Shown here one piece after another: positions 44,064 through 56,820 of a DNA stretch of 64,000 nucleotides. The notes below the pieces were generated by a model. It saw only the letters and a program-made list of their open reading frames with translations, ran no database searches and was not told where the DNA came from. This DNA comes from Chrysomallon squamiferum (taxonomy: Eukaryota; Animalia; Mollusca). Positions within the stretch are counted from its first letter, which is position 1. Every line of letters begins with the position of its first letter. A program made the translations under genes and the position numbers. The stretch spans positions 35,774,001 to 35,838,000 of the forward strand of contig CM022671.1 in assembly GCA_012295275.1 (NCBI GenBank). Direction: 5' to 3'.

Positions 44064-44146
44064 ATGGCTTCTGCTTCAGTCAAATCTTTCTGGAATGACG
44101 TTGTCGCTAAGGATTTGCAGGGACATGGAACCAAGATCTTTGTCAA
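44064..44146 (+). CDS. Globin B coding exon 1 (gene join 44064-44146,44459-44672,44972-45067; 130 aa short globin)
   Basis: ACGATGG start; MASASVKSFWNDVVAKDLQGHGTKIFV+AA|GTAAGT. B12.2 intron. Clear paralogue of globin A exon 1. Confidence 0.93.
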
Positions 44147-44458
44147 GTAAGTATTAAAACAGTCCACCTTCTTACGATATATGTTGTCTCTTTAGAAGGA
44201 ACATCTTCTTGTTAGTACATAAAGTATAATTTTTGGACATAGCAACCCAGAATTTGCTCATTGTATTGACCAAATATAACCTTTGGTAACACAAATTAAC
44301 AAAAGTGTGTGTTTAGCTACAAACTCTTATATACATGTGATACACTGGACCATGTTTCTCAGTGTTATCATAGACTCTGTTCAGCACATATATATATGTG
44401 TGTAGATATAGATACAGATGTAGATATAGATTATAAATAAAGTGTTTGGTTCTTGCAG

Positions 44459-44672
44459 CTTCCTGAAGGCCCACCCAGACCAGCAGAAGAAGTTCGGCAA
44501 GTTCGCCGGTGTCGGTGCTGATGCTCTGGCTGGCAACGCCGAGGTACAGAAGCAAGCCGTGGTTGTGATGACGAAACTCGGCGAGCTCATCAACGCAGCC
44601 GACATCAAGGCTGCATCAGCAGCCCTCGCAGCTAGTCACAAGGGCAGGAACGTCAACGTCGGCGACTTCTCG
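44459..44672 (+). CDS. Globin B coding exon 2
   Basis: Acceptor TTGCAG|C. Encodes FLKAHPDQQKKFGKF...VQKQAVVVM...LAASHKGRNVNVGDFS: Pro C2, Phe CD1, Gln E7, His F8. Donor TCG|GTACGT at G7.0. Four codons shorter than globin A exon 2. Confidence 0.95.
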
Positions 44673-44971
44673 GTACGTTTACTACTTTCTGCAAGAATTA
44701 AACAGTGTCCGTGTGTCTGTCGGTGTGTCTGTGTGTGTCTCTCTGTGTGTGTGTCTGTCTCTGTATGTTAATAATTATTGTCTGTAAGAACTGTTAGTAA
44801 CCATTCCACGAAGTTGAAAATAATTTGATACAAAATAAATTTATTTCACTGTAACACTAAAAGAAAATAGAATTAAAAATAAAGGTTTTACAGTAAGTAT
44901 TAAACTTGTAATGTAATGATATGAAAGTAAATGTTCTGTTTAAATGAAATGTTGATTGTTTTCATTCACAG

Positions 44972-45067
44972 AAAATCTTCCCAAGCATCTGCGACTACAT
45001 CGGCAGCGCTGGCGGCGACAAGGCTGGATTTAAGGACGCCCTTGACAAAATTGCATCTGCATTTTAG
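44972..45067 (+). CDS. Globin B coding exon 3
   Basis: Acceptor TTCACAG|. Encodes KIFPSICDYIGSAGGDKAGFKDALDKIASAF then TAG. Shares AGGDKA with globin A. Confidence 0.93.
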   Translation, partial: KIFPSICDYIGSAGGDKAGFKDALDKIASAF

Positions 45068-45215
45068 TAAATGTGCAGCTTTCTCTAACCACATTAAGCA
45101 TTACTGTAAATGGCAACGACATCGTTCAGTGAATCATGTTAACGTGCTCTTTGTAAAACAAGTTTTATTATTTGGATTGTGTTATTTGTGATGGGAACTC
45201 AAAAAAAGGACAAAA

Positions 45216-45248
<33 letters not shown>

Positions 45249-45609
45249 AAGTGAACCATCGGACTGTTGTTCTTTAAATTAGCTGTTTTATGTATCGATC
45301 TGGATTTAAAATTTGAAAATTCAAAATTCTGGCACAAAAAGAGAGAGAGAGAGAGAATGACAGACGGAGAAAACACGACAAGGATGATAACAACATCAAC
45401 ACCGGACGAAACTGAATGATGCCGCTGCTGTTGAACATGTGCCTTACTAAAAAAAAAAAATGTACTTCATTTGTTGCTTCAGCTTCAGCGAAAAGCATCT
45501 ATTATTATTAGCCAAACTAAATAAAAGAATTAAAAGAAAAAGTTGACAGTTTTTTTGAGATAACCCATTCTAATCGATTTAGATATAATATTCTTTTTTT
45601 CTTTTTGAC

Positions 45610-45615
45610 ATTAAA
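45610..45615 (+). terminator. Probable poly(A) signal of globin B
   Basis: ATTAAA about 21 nt after GATTTAGATATAAT, followed by T/GT-rich sequence. Confidence 0.45.
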
Positions 45616-46576
45616 GCATTTTAAAATTTTATGCTGTCTTATATTTTAGTTATTTTTGTATTGGTGTTTGTATGTATGTACGTTTATATATATATATATA
45701 TATATAACATAACGGACAAATCCGTCTTCCATTCTTGTAACGTTTCAGTATACGTTCTCTGTTCTAGGCGAATCGTGTTTTAGAGGTTACTTACGTTTGT
45801 GACGTAAAAACGTTACGATTTTTTTTTAGCAAGTCTTATCTACTGTTAACAAGCAAATTAATCCTCATGATTTAATGTTCGTAACGATCCCTTTTTCACA
45901 TTTTTTAATGTGAATCTATTTACTTTATAATTGAAAACCAGAGCAACAAACTAGTATTAAAGCGAAAAAGCGGTTGTGTATATTTCGGTAATGAGGTAAT
46001 CGTTAGAAATCTGCTTCAAGATAAAATGGTTATAGAAGTAGAATTTTCCTTTGCGTTAAGAAACAACGGTAAATGTAAATGGGTTAAAAGATACTAAATC
46101 TAAAATATTTTTAAAACTTGTGTAAAACCGATATATATCATGTATATTTCAAGCTAATTAATGTGTGTTTTTAATTTCCCTGAATACCAGTGACCTCTTG
46201 TTTTTAAATCGTGGAACAGCTAACAATAAATTATTTTAATATAATATTCTGCCTGGTGTAATAGCTACGCGTAGATTAAGTAAATAGCTGTATATCTCTC
46301 TAGCCGATGATATTTGGTGTAAAAAAAAGGCAGTAACTGTAAGATTGCCAATAGATAGGAACTCATCACCAGTAACAGTATTACTCGAATCACGTCAGAT
46401 TCCTTCCTGGCGCATTCTTTTCCTTTTTTCTTGAAGACGTTTAAAATTAGCAGTTCTAAATTTTACGTAGTTTTCGCTGTTCTTTCTTGTTTAGGTCGAA
46501 GTACCGCAAAATACGTTTCTAGACGTGTGACCCGCTCCCTCGTACGTGCACTGGTTTATTATTATTGTTGTTGTCA

Positions 46577-46627
<51 letters not shown>

Positions 46628-47904
46628 GATTAAGTTAGTTTGACATCATTTTAATGAAATCTAGTGTTTTCTAGTTTATTTCTGCAAACATTCGTGGAAA
46701 ATATTTTGTTGATATTAATTTGCTAAACCCGTCTCCTCCCCAAAAAATAAAAAACACACAGAAAAACCCCACCCAAAACACACATTGAACAACAAGAAAA
46801 AACATTATAAAAACAAAATTCATAAAACAACTGAAAAAAAGCAATAACAATCGAATTTGAATTCTACTTCAAATAACTTTTGCTGTAAAACATTTTAAAA
46901 AACAACAAGAAAATAAATAAATAATAATTTTCAAATAATTAAGTCAAGAATGTCTAAAATAAATGTTTGTACGTTCTGTGCGAGCGGGTCATATTTGTGA
47001 TTTTTTCCTTTGAAATTCTTGGGCTGCACGCGTCCCCAATTAATTAATTGTTCACTGTGACCCATTTCCCTTTGATAATAAAACAATACAATGCAGCCTT
47101 AAAGTACAGTGATTTAGCAAGAAACAACACGAGAGTGATTTCTTCTCTGTTGTGCTATTTTTTGTTTAGAATAAGTTCTACAGCTGTTTCTGTGATTTGT
47201 AGAGATCCTTAGAAAAGATTTCGTAAAGTTGTCACCGTAGATATGTTTAGAAAAGATCTGAAAGATTAAGATCCAGTCTTGTTTAAACCAGAAACTACCA
47301 AAAATCTGGAATCGTTTTATTGTAAATTCTGACAACGCACCGTTACGTCTGAAACAGAAATATATTTAATTATATCTGAATGCTTGCCTGGAAGCAAACT
47401 AACCCAGAACAGTTCTAACATTTCATTTTTTTTTTTTTTTTTTGTTTTACGATTCCACTGAAAATACCAGTTTTCTTAAAATGTTTTTCTTTTGTTGTTT
47501 TTAAAAAAAAAAAAATTCCAGTTTCGCCAGTGAGCATGTTAAATTTTCTTTCTTTATTTTTAAATTGCTAATTGAATTAATCTACACAAATTCTGATCAT
47601 TTACTGTTTATCTAAACAGAATTCCTCGGTAAAGAGGAATATTTATAATATGAAATGTCATTTAAAGGAAACCTATAAAAAGAAAAGAAGAATAAAAGTG
47701 AAAAGACAAAAATAATAATAGTAAAATTGTAATCGAAAAGAGAAATAGTGAAGATTATTTTCGGGGGAGGGTAGGGGAGCTGGAGGAGTGTTGAAATCAA
47801 GATCTCTACTTAGACTTGAAGTTCATAAAATTTCTAATTGCTTACAACATTTTATAACAACTGCTTGAAAAATAAAACATATATATACGGGCATGTGTTG
47901 TTTC

Positions 47905-48031
<127 letters not shown>

Positions 48032-48168
48032 TTTATTTTTCTTACTGTAGTTTCAACTCATTTTAGCTAATATACCATTTTAAAACGAAGAGGAAAATAA
48101 AACATAATCTAGATACAATTGTCAACATTTGTAAAATATATTACAAAACAACTTCTTCTTATTTATAT

Positions 48169-48431
48169 TCACCCATATTTTCAAGTTGTGTTACAAACTG
48201 TTCTTAATGTCATCCATACTTTCTAGTTGTGTTACAAACTGTTCTTAATGTCATCCATACTTTCTAGTTGTGTAACAAACTGTTCTTAATGTCACCCATA
48301 ATTTCTAGTTGTGTAAGAAACTGTTCTTAATGTCACCCATAATTTCTAGTTGTGTTACAAACTGTTCTTAATGTCACCCATAATTTCTAGTTGTGTAACA
48401 AACTGTTCTTAATGTCACCCATACTTTCTTG
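48169..48431. repeat. 41-bp minisatellite, about 6 copies plus decayed copies to about 48640
   Basis: Unit TTTCTAGTTGTGTTACAAACTGTTCTTAATGTCA(T/C)CCATA(C/A). Confidence 0.9.
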
Positions 48432-49615
48432 TTCTAGAATAATTTTTTTTTAATTATATCCGTGCTGAAAAAAAAAAAATTCTCGATGTCATCCAGCTGT
48501 ACAAGATTTTTTTCATATTGCTGTTCGTTCACGTAACAAATTGTTTTTAATGTCATCTGTACTTTCCAAATGTGTAAGAGATTGTTCTTAATTGTCATTC
48601 ATGACTTCCCTTTTAATAACAAAATCATTCTTATTGTCAGCGGCTGTTAAACTTGTTTGTCACGTGATAACAAGCTGAGGTCTTAAACTAAGAAGTCGTA
48701 GAGTGTAAACAGCGAATAAATTTTTATATCAAACAAACATGAACTGCCAGTGTCTGCGCGATCCTGTAATTAGTTTGTTATTTGTTAAATGTTGAATGAC
48801 ATCAAGTGTTTTACTTACTGTGAAAACAGTTCTGTTTTCTGACGTAGTTAACTGATTATATCTGACACCGTTTTTGGTATTTCCGAGGTCTTGGTAATAT
48901 AATATTATTAGTAATATTAGAAGTAGTCTTTTTTTTTTTTTTTTTTTTCTAATAGATTATGATATAATTATTTTCTGGAAAGCTAGAACAAGGTTTTAAT
49001 GCTTTTTCAGAAAGGTCAAGAATCATTTTAAAATCTAGAGCCTGTCTGTTATGGGATGGGATACTGAAAGTAAAAAAAAAATTGATTTCCGCGTTTTGTT
49101 TTGTTTTACATTTGTCATTCACAGTTTGACAAATAGGTAAAAACTAATAAAGATGTTGTTCAGAAAAACTGCAGTATGAGCTGTTGAAGGAAAACAACAG
49201 AAAAAGAACAAACGGTTTGTTGTGTAGAGTTTTGGATTCTTTTATATTTGAATTTTCTATCAGTTTCTGATCTGAACAATAAAAAAAAAAAATAAAAAAT
49301 AAAAAAAAACCCACAAAAAAACAAATATAAACAAACAAAAATAAAAAAACAACATATTAAAGTATCTCTTTGTTTTGTAACATTTTAAATGTTTGGATGT
49401 GCTATGTGTAAGTGAAAGTGGGTAATATTTTTGAAAATATGACGAAATAATAAAAAAGATGGTGAGGACGAGACAAAGAAGGAAATTAAAAAGTAACTGA
49501 AAAACTGAAGGACGGAATTATGACGGACGGACAAATGAAGAACGGGATACATTGGATACACTTTGAGTAGACTAACAGAACATTTACTTTGTTATTACAT
49601 TTCAGTAAAACAAAA

Positions 49616-49658
<43 letters not shown>

Positions 49659-49706
49659 AAAAGATCTTGACAAAAAAAAAAAAAAAATAAATAAATAAAT
49701 AAATAA

Positions 49707-49748
<42 letters not shown>

Positions 49749-50297
49749 TAAAAAAAAAAAATAAAAAATAAAAAAATAAAAAATAAATGAAACAATACAA
49801 GGAAATGAAATATATACAGGAATTTTGGCGAAAGCAACAGATTCAAACAAAATTTCTTCAATCTGTGATCCATGGGAAATAACTGCAATGTACTAATGAT
49901 TCTTTATAACAGTGTCTGTCTGCTTATTCTAATTTGCCGTTTTTAATAAATTAAGGATAGTAAACTTCAACTTTGAACAGTAAAAATTACTTGCTTTTTT
50001 TAAATTATTTTTTATTATTTTTATTAGGCCACATAAAATTAATTTTTTGAATCTCGTCAAGTGTTGATGTTTTTATTTCCAAATAATCGTAGGGACGGGG
50101 TGAGCGGTCATATTCTCTGCAGAATTTTAGAATTAGGAATTATTTCCACTAAAACTAATCTAATTTAATCCACTGTCTATAGATTTACATTCCGCTGTAC
50201 ATTTGGTAGCTATATGCAAATTAATTAGATGTGATTTTGACTATTTGTTAGCAAAACGTTTCATCCGGCAAATTTGAAAATTATATAAAAATATTTA

Positions 50298-50336
<39 letters not shown>

Positions 50337-50379
50337 CATAAGAAGAAGAAGTATAACAACAGTTATTTAGTGTTGTTGC

Positions 50380-50419
<40 letters not shown>

Positions 50420-50519
50420 TTTACAAAGAGACCTCGATTTAATCTGCTAAATAATGTTTTTGCATTCTCGAAAAGTGTCGCTTGTAACGAGAACTTTTAA
50501 AACAATCATGAATGTTGGT

Positions 50520-50800
50520 AGTCGATATGACGTCACATTTATAATTAAATAATTATACATTTATATAAAATTGATAAATTATTTTCAATTTTGTTTTATT
50601 TGGTTTCTTTTCTTATTCAGAAATAAAAATATAAAACATCTTCTTGTTAAGTCGTGCCATCACAGATAAGATGTTTTTGTTTTTACGTAACAATCGTTTA
50701 TGACGTCATCACTTCGGCAAATGGCTGAAAGTTGATTTGACGGCAAACACGGAGTGCTGTGTATTGGATGGAAACGCACGTAATAGTAATAACTACTTTT
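50520..50800 (+). promoter_or_regulatory. Candidate promoter of the small membrane-protein gene
   Basis: Perfect CRE palindromes TGACGTCA at 50528 and 50701, reverse CCAAT at 50763, CACGTA at about 50777; leads into a GC-rich island. Confidence 0.4.
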
Positions 50801-50973
50801 GTTTTACAAATCAGAATATCTGTCAACGCGGTGTCTCGATCTCAGCTGCTTTCGTTGAAAACAGACAACATGGGGGACGTGGTCGAGCCGCTGTGAAATC
50901 CGGATAAAGCACGCCTTCACTGGCGAACGAACTGAACATTCTATTTGACCGTACCACGGTTGAATTTGTGACA

Positions 50974-51168
50974 ATGCCGGCGGACCTCGGTTCGATGGTT
51001 GTTGTTTCAGTCGGTCTGTATTTTATATTCAACATGATCTACACCATCTTGGCTTTCTTCCTGCGCGCTGCACTGTTCGTGATGCTGTGTTACATCCTGT
51101 ACGAGCTGTTTTTCTCCGACGTCTTCTGCGAAGAAGACGAGACACCTGCAATTGGAGATCACTCCTGA
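50974..51168 (+). CDS. Intronless 64-aa small integral membrane protein, unidentified
   Basis: MPADLGSMVVVSVGLYFIFNMIYTILAFFLRAALFVMLCYILYELFFSDVFCEEDETPAIGDHS. ACAATG context; in-frame stop upstream at 50905; G/C-ending codon bias like the globin exons; non-repetitive; AATAAA at 51172. Confidence 0.62.
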   Translation: MPADLGSMVVVSVGLYFIFNMIYTILAFFLRAALFVMLCYILYELFFSDVFCEEDETPAIGDHS

Positions 51169-51687
51169 AACAATAAAAAAAAAAAATCAGAGATTTGTGT
51201 TTTTGAAGGGAACTTATAAAAATACGTCAAACTCGCGATGTCGTGTCAAAACAAAATCTTCATTTTTTTTTTTTTTTTTTTTTTGCTGTGAAAGAAATCA
51301 TGGATTTTCCATGCTGAGGGAAGATTTCCCCAGAGAGAATATTTAAAGTAAAAAAGATTGATTCATTATTGAAAAGAAGAAGGTTCTATGAGTTACTTTT
51401 TTTACCTTCATTAAGAGAAGCTCTTCTACTATCAGGTGAAAATGATGTGGAGTTCGTACATGAAAACAAAGCATTGTTATTTTGTTTAGAAGAAGTTTAA
51501 ATACGTTCTAGATCCTACTCAGTTCTTCTAATGAGTTTTGTGGTAACAGAAAAATTACTTTCTTTTCAGAAGTATGTGTAAAGGCAAAGAAAGATGAATG
51601 GTTGAAAAGTTAATTGAGTTTTGAATTGTAGTTTTAGTATTTGGTTTAGTTTTTTTTTCTTTGTTTTGTGTTTTCATTTTTTTATTT

Positions 51688-51728
<41 letters not shown>

Positions 51729-52527
51729 CTCTTTCTTGACTGGGTTATCATTATTAATTTTTTAACACAAAGAAGAGATTGTACATATTTTGTGTGTAAT
51801 AAAATAGTTTTTTCTTTTGTTATTTTATATTTTGCACTGACACACTGAATACATGTAATTTGAAGTACAACAATTTGTACGCCACCTTAAAATCATATTT
51901 CACAGTATTCATAAATCCTAACTTTTTACATGCTATTTTGAAAAGTGATTTTTTCCCTTATTTCTATTCCATTTTTTAACAAAGGTTTTCTCACTTCCTC
52001 TTATAAATTAATATTATTCTTAATAACGTAATGTAGAGTTTTCTTATTAAATCCACTTATCATGCTAAAATTTCTCTACAAATTTATTACATTTATTTAC
52101 ACTTATTTCACTGGGGTTATTAATGTTATAGATTTACATATCGATCCAAGGGAAACAACTCCAGAATCCTTAATCAGTTTACATATTTTAAACGTTTCAA
52201 ATATGCAGCAGTACTGTTTAAAATATTTTACTGTCACAGTCATTAGCCACAATAATCATTCTAATAGTAAAAATGTGTATATTTGCAGGTTAAATACAAA
52301 TATAGCGTTTATCGATGAATTTACCCGAGCATTGTAAAATTGGTTATGTTTTGTTTAGTGGTTAACGGCAGGTTCCGAAATGTTACGAAGTTAGACGACA
52401 TTTACTACAAAGGGGAGACAACTTCTTTCACCATACTTCCTAATTGATTAGTTTCCTGTAAAGAAATACCTATCTTTACACATTCAGTAATTTCATACAA
52501 AGACAGTTTACTGTTTCCACACACACA

Positions 52528-52644
<117 letters not shown>

Positions 52645-53015
52645 AGGTTTTGCTAATAAGATCAATACGAAACGGAAATTAGTTTTGATATGACGATGAA
52701 TTTCGATTTATAAGCCTTAGTGTATGAAGATGTTTGTTTACAAGATATCTGTGTGTGTATTTGTGTGTGAGTGTGTGTTTGTGTGTATGTGTTAGTATTT
52801 ATTTTTAAAATGTTAATTAAAAAAATAACTGCAAGGAAATTTCACCTGATATTATGTTCACTGTGTAAAATGGTTATCTAACTTGAACACGCTTTAGTTT
52901 AAATTTAAATTTTTTTGTTAAAAATTATTTTGACATTATTAATTAATCTGAGACTGCTCAGTGTCCCTCCGACATATTTTCTTTCCAGACACTATAAAAC
53001 AATGGTTTGTGTGTT

Positions 53016-53058
<43 letters not shown>

Positions 53059-53687
53059 GTGTGTGTGTGTGTGTATGTGCCTGTACTGCCTTGGAAACGT
53101 AATTTAAAATAAATGCAAAATATGTTTCAGTTAACACGACATAGTAAGAAATAAGAGAATCAACGAAAATGTGAAAAATTAAGGAAGTAACCAGGAAATC
53201 AGACGGACGATTGGACAAATTAATAAAGGGATGAATTAAAAAAAAAAAAAAAAAAAAAGTTTTATAACAAACACAGATCTGACTGGTGTTTGAGGATTTC
53301 GGTGTTTTAAGAAGATAATCTCACACATATACCAAGTGTAAAAACAAGATAAATTAAAAATACACAGATAAAACAGAGATTTTATTTTAAATTAACAATA
53401 CATAATATTATACCTATTAGCTTGCACATATAGTTAAACATTAACGTTGTTTCTAATATATAATTTGCTGCCGCAAATAGAACACACATATTTTAAATAT
53501 TTTATTATTCAGAAAATTGAAAACACGAGTTTTGAGGAGTACAGATCACTTTGCTAAAAATAAAGTTAATGTATTTTAAGGTCAAGTTTATAGTCGGATA
53601 TTTTAACATTTCTTTAACTGATTCATACATTTCTTAAAATAAATGATAAATTAACCTTAAATAAATTAGGTTTAAAAGATTAGTAGC

Positions 53688-53730
<43 letters not shown>

Positions 53731-54156
53731 ACAACAACAATAATAATAATAGTAACAAAACTCTTCAAAACTGTAAAATAATAACAACAACAACAACAAC
53801 AACAAGAATAATAATAATAATAAAGTTATAATTCTTTCTAAAGTGTACAGTCCTCAAAATCACTATAACTGGTCATACACTTTGTTAATGAAATGTTCAT
53901 CATTTCATTTCACAGATGTGATACACTGGACGAAACATACATCTACTTCTATATTACTTCTACACATATCTCGTACATGAATAAATTATGTTAATTAGCT
54001 GGGCAGTCACGTGAATCTATCTGCAATGTTAATAACTATTTTCACAGGGATTCATTATTGTTTTTCTTTTTCTTTTTTCTTTTTTATCATATCTTTTTTT
54101 GATGCAGGCCCGAAAAACCAAATTGGGCTGTCAGAACATATTGATTGGCTGGTTTT

Positions 54157-54339
54157 TCAAGTAGCGGCGGTGCTGATTGGTTGGTCGGTGAGTTCCTTGT
54201 TCGTTGACAAAACAGACAGCTCCTCGTCAATAACAGCTGTAACCACGCCCAGCGCTTTCTGCCACGCCTCTTTGGTCAAACCAGAACACTGTGATCCAAG
54301 CGCTGAACACAGAAATTCCACAAACGTGCTGAATAAATT
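54157..54339 (-). CDS. Globin C coding exon 3
   Basis: Acceptor TTTGACACAG|. Encodes NLFSTFVEFLCSALGSQCSGLTKEAWQKALGVVTAVIDEELSVLSTNKELTDQPISTAAT then TGA. H-helix motif AWQKAL plus a C-terminal extension. Confidence 0.9.
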   Translation of the reverse strand, partial: NLFSTFVEFLCSALGSQCSGLTKEAWQKALGVVTAVIDEELSVLSTNKELTDQPISTAAT

Positions 54340-54707
54340 CTGTGTCAAATAAATAAACAAATCATTATTATTATTATTATTGTTTTATGTACATTCTAGA
54401 TATCTTCAGGATTCTGTTAGTACTATGTTACGATTTAGAGTAGAAAATAGAGGTAATATTATTACACTGAACACTGGTAAATACGCAGTGACAACAACAG
54501 TTAGTTTTTGCTTTTCAAATATTTCTCTAAATATCTTTTGAATTCTTTCACTAGACATAATCATGTAATTCTATTTAAATTTAGTGTGTACTGTGTTGTA
54601 TTGTAATGAATATGGTTTTTGACATTTTTATTTCAAAGTTTAACATAATCAGTTTTGTTTAAATTACTCTACAATCTGATTTTGAACACAAACACAGATT
54701 TTGTTTA

Positions 54708-55030
54708 AATACCATCATCGGTTTACGTATAAAATAAATACCATCATCAGATGTATAAAATAAAATATCATCGGTGTAGGTATAAAAAAAAAATCATCGG
54801 TATATAAAATAAATGATCATCGTTCTAGGTATAAAATAAATACCATCATTTAGGTATAAAATAAATACCATTCGGTCTAGGTATAAAATAAATGCGGTAA
54901 CCATCATCGGTCTATTATAAAATAAAAAATCATCGGTTTTATAAAATAAATACATCGGTTTTTATAAATACCATCATCGGTCTAGGTATAAAATAAAAAA
55001 TCGGTCTATAAAATAAAAAACATCTGTATA
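54708..55030. repeat. Degenerate minisatellite of about 29 bp in globin C intron 2
   Basis: Approximate unit ATAAAATAAATACCATCATCGGTCTAGGT, with many indels. Confidence 0.8.
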
Positions 55031-55215
55031 AAACAATCACAAAATATTTAGTGAACTGGCCTGAGTTTTGTTAAGTTACCCTGTACTGCGGTATTCTTAC
55101 ACAAAACAATATTAGTAAATAAATGTTTTTTTTTGTTAACCAGTCTAGGTATATAAAAAAAACCAACACAGAAACATCTGTAGAATTCTATGAGTAACAG
55201 TTTTGTTCAAGTTAC

Positions 55216-55441
55216 CCTGTACTGCGGTATTCGCACGCCTCGCTTGTGATGGTTCTGCGCGTTTTTCTTCAACAAGTCGACGAGATTTCCCGGCTGGTCG
55301 AGGTTCTCCACTATGACTGTGAGCGCCTGCATGACAGTGCACGCGTGTGTGCACAAACACGCGTTGTCTCGCAAACTCTCGGGCTCGGAGCCTCTGAACG
55401 ACTTGAAGTAGTTCTGATCATCAGGGTAGTCCTGGAAAAAC
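55216..55441 (-). CDS. Globin C coding exon 2
   Basis: Acceptor TTCTAG|G. Encodes FFQDYPDDQNYFKSF...NACLCTHACTVMQAL...KKNAQNHHKRGVRIPQYR: Pro C2, Phe CD1, His E7, His F8. Donor AGG|GTAACT at G7.0. Length 226 nt. Not reported in the ORF track. Confidence 0.93.
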
Positions 55442-55639
55442 CTAGAACGAGACGAGGACTAAATATTGTTATGAGGAGACAGACAAGTTTTTATTTTTAT
55501 GTAGTTCAAAATGAATATACTCGAGAGAAATGTTTAGTCATATATGTTGCTAAGATTGGAATCTTGTAAACCAGTATTTATGGACAAATCTGTTTTCCCC
55601 GTTGCTGTTATTGTTTTTATTTATTGTTTATTTATTGTT

Positions 55640-55681
<42 letters not shown>

Positions 55682-55784
55682 AGAACGAATAAACAACACC
55701 ATCAACACCACCGTAACAACAACATAACGATGACTATTGTTTTCCATACCAGCAGATATTTTAGATTTTTCCTTTTGTTTGTTG

Positions 55785-55820
<36 letters not shown>

Positions 55821-56172
55821 TTATATATATATATATATTTTTAATTTGTGGTCGTTGACTTTTAAGTTTTATTTATTTATTATTATTATCTTTTTACCTC
55901 TGAAGTCTTTTTTCCCAGCACTAAAATGTTCAGTTTTACAGAGATAATACAGACAGTTAAACAAACAGTCCGAAATAGATACAATTTATTTATAAGCCAC
56001 CTGAAGATAAAAATTAATTTAGTTTTCCATCCATTAGGTTAATTGTTTAGTTTAGTTGAAAAGAACAAACACGTAAATGATTCAGGAATGCAGGCTACAA
56101 GGAAGTTGTGGTTTTTATCAAACAGCAAACTGGAAACTGTTAGTTACCACAGCTCTCACAACAGAGAACATT

Positions 56173-56251
<79 letters not shown>

Positions 56252-56806
56252 TGATGATGATGATAATGATAATGATGATCATAATAATAATATTAATAAT
56301 GATGATGATGATGATGATGACAGAGACAATGATGATGATGATGATAAAAAACTGAAAACAGTCTACGTTAATTATGATTAGGAATAACTAAATAGACAAA
56401 CTCCACAAATTGTTTTTTTCTTTTCCCCACCTTTTTTATTTTTTTTTTAATTTTTTTTTAATGCTAAATTTAGCAGCAAGATTTCATTTGTGGGTGATGA
56501 CCATAAAACACGCACGTTATGAACTCTGATAGAGGAACCTATGGTTGGAACGTGAAATAGCTGAACTGGCGTGCAGAGAAGATTTGATCCTAAAACGCCT
56601 TTCACTGAACGATTCCAATCAGTGACTTACTTGCGCGCTTCGCTCGAACTCAGCCGTTGTAAGACAAACACGTGAAACTAGTTTCATGTCTGGAGATGTC
56701 GTCAGACCGAAAACAGAAGACTTTGATTTAAAGATGTGACAGATAAGAGTTTAAAAACAGCATCAGAAGACAGCTTATTACGTCAAACATATCAATACAG
56801 CGTCAT

Positions 56807-56820
56807 GTTGCCATGGAAAC
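56807..56820. promoter_or_regulatory. RFX X-box motif in globin C intron 1
   Basis: GTTGCCATGGAAAC, a near-perfect palindromic X-box. Confidence 0.5.

Noticed and set aside
54040-54159. TGA readthrough or selenocysteine at the globin C stop
   Set aside because: No readthrough context or recognisable SECIS, and the downstream frame runs into low-complexity A-rich sequence.
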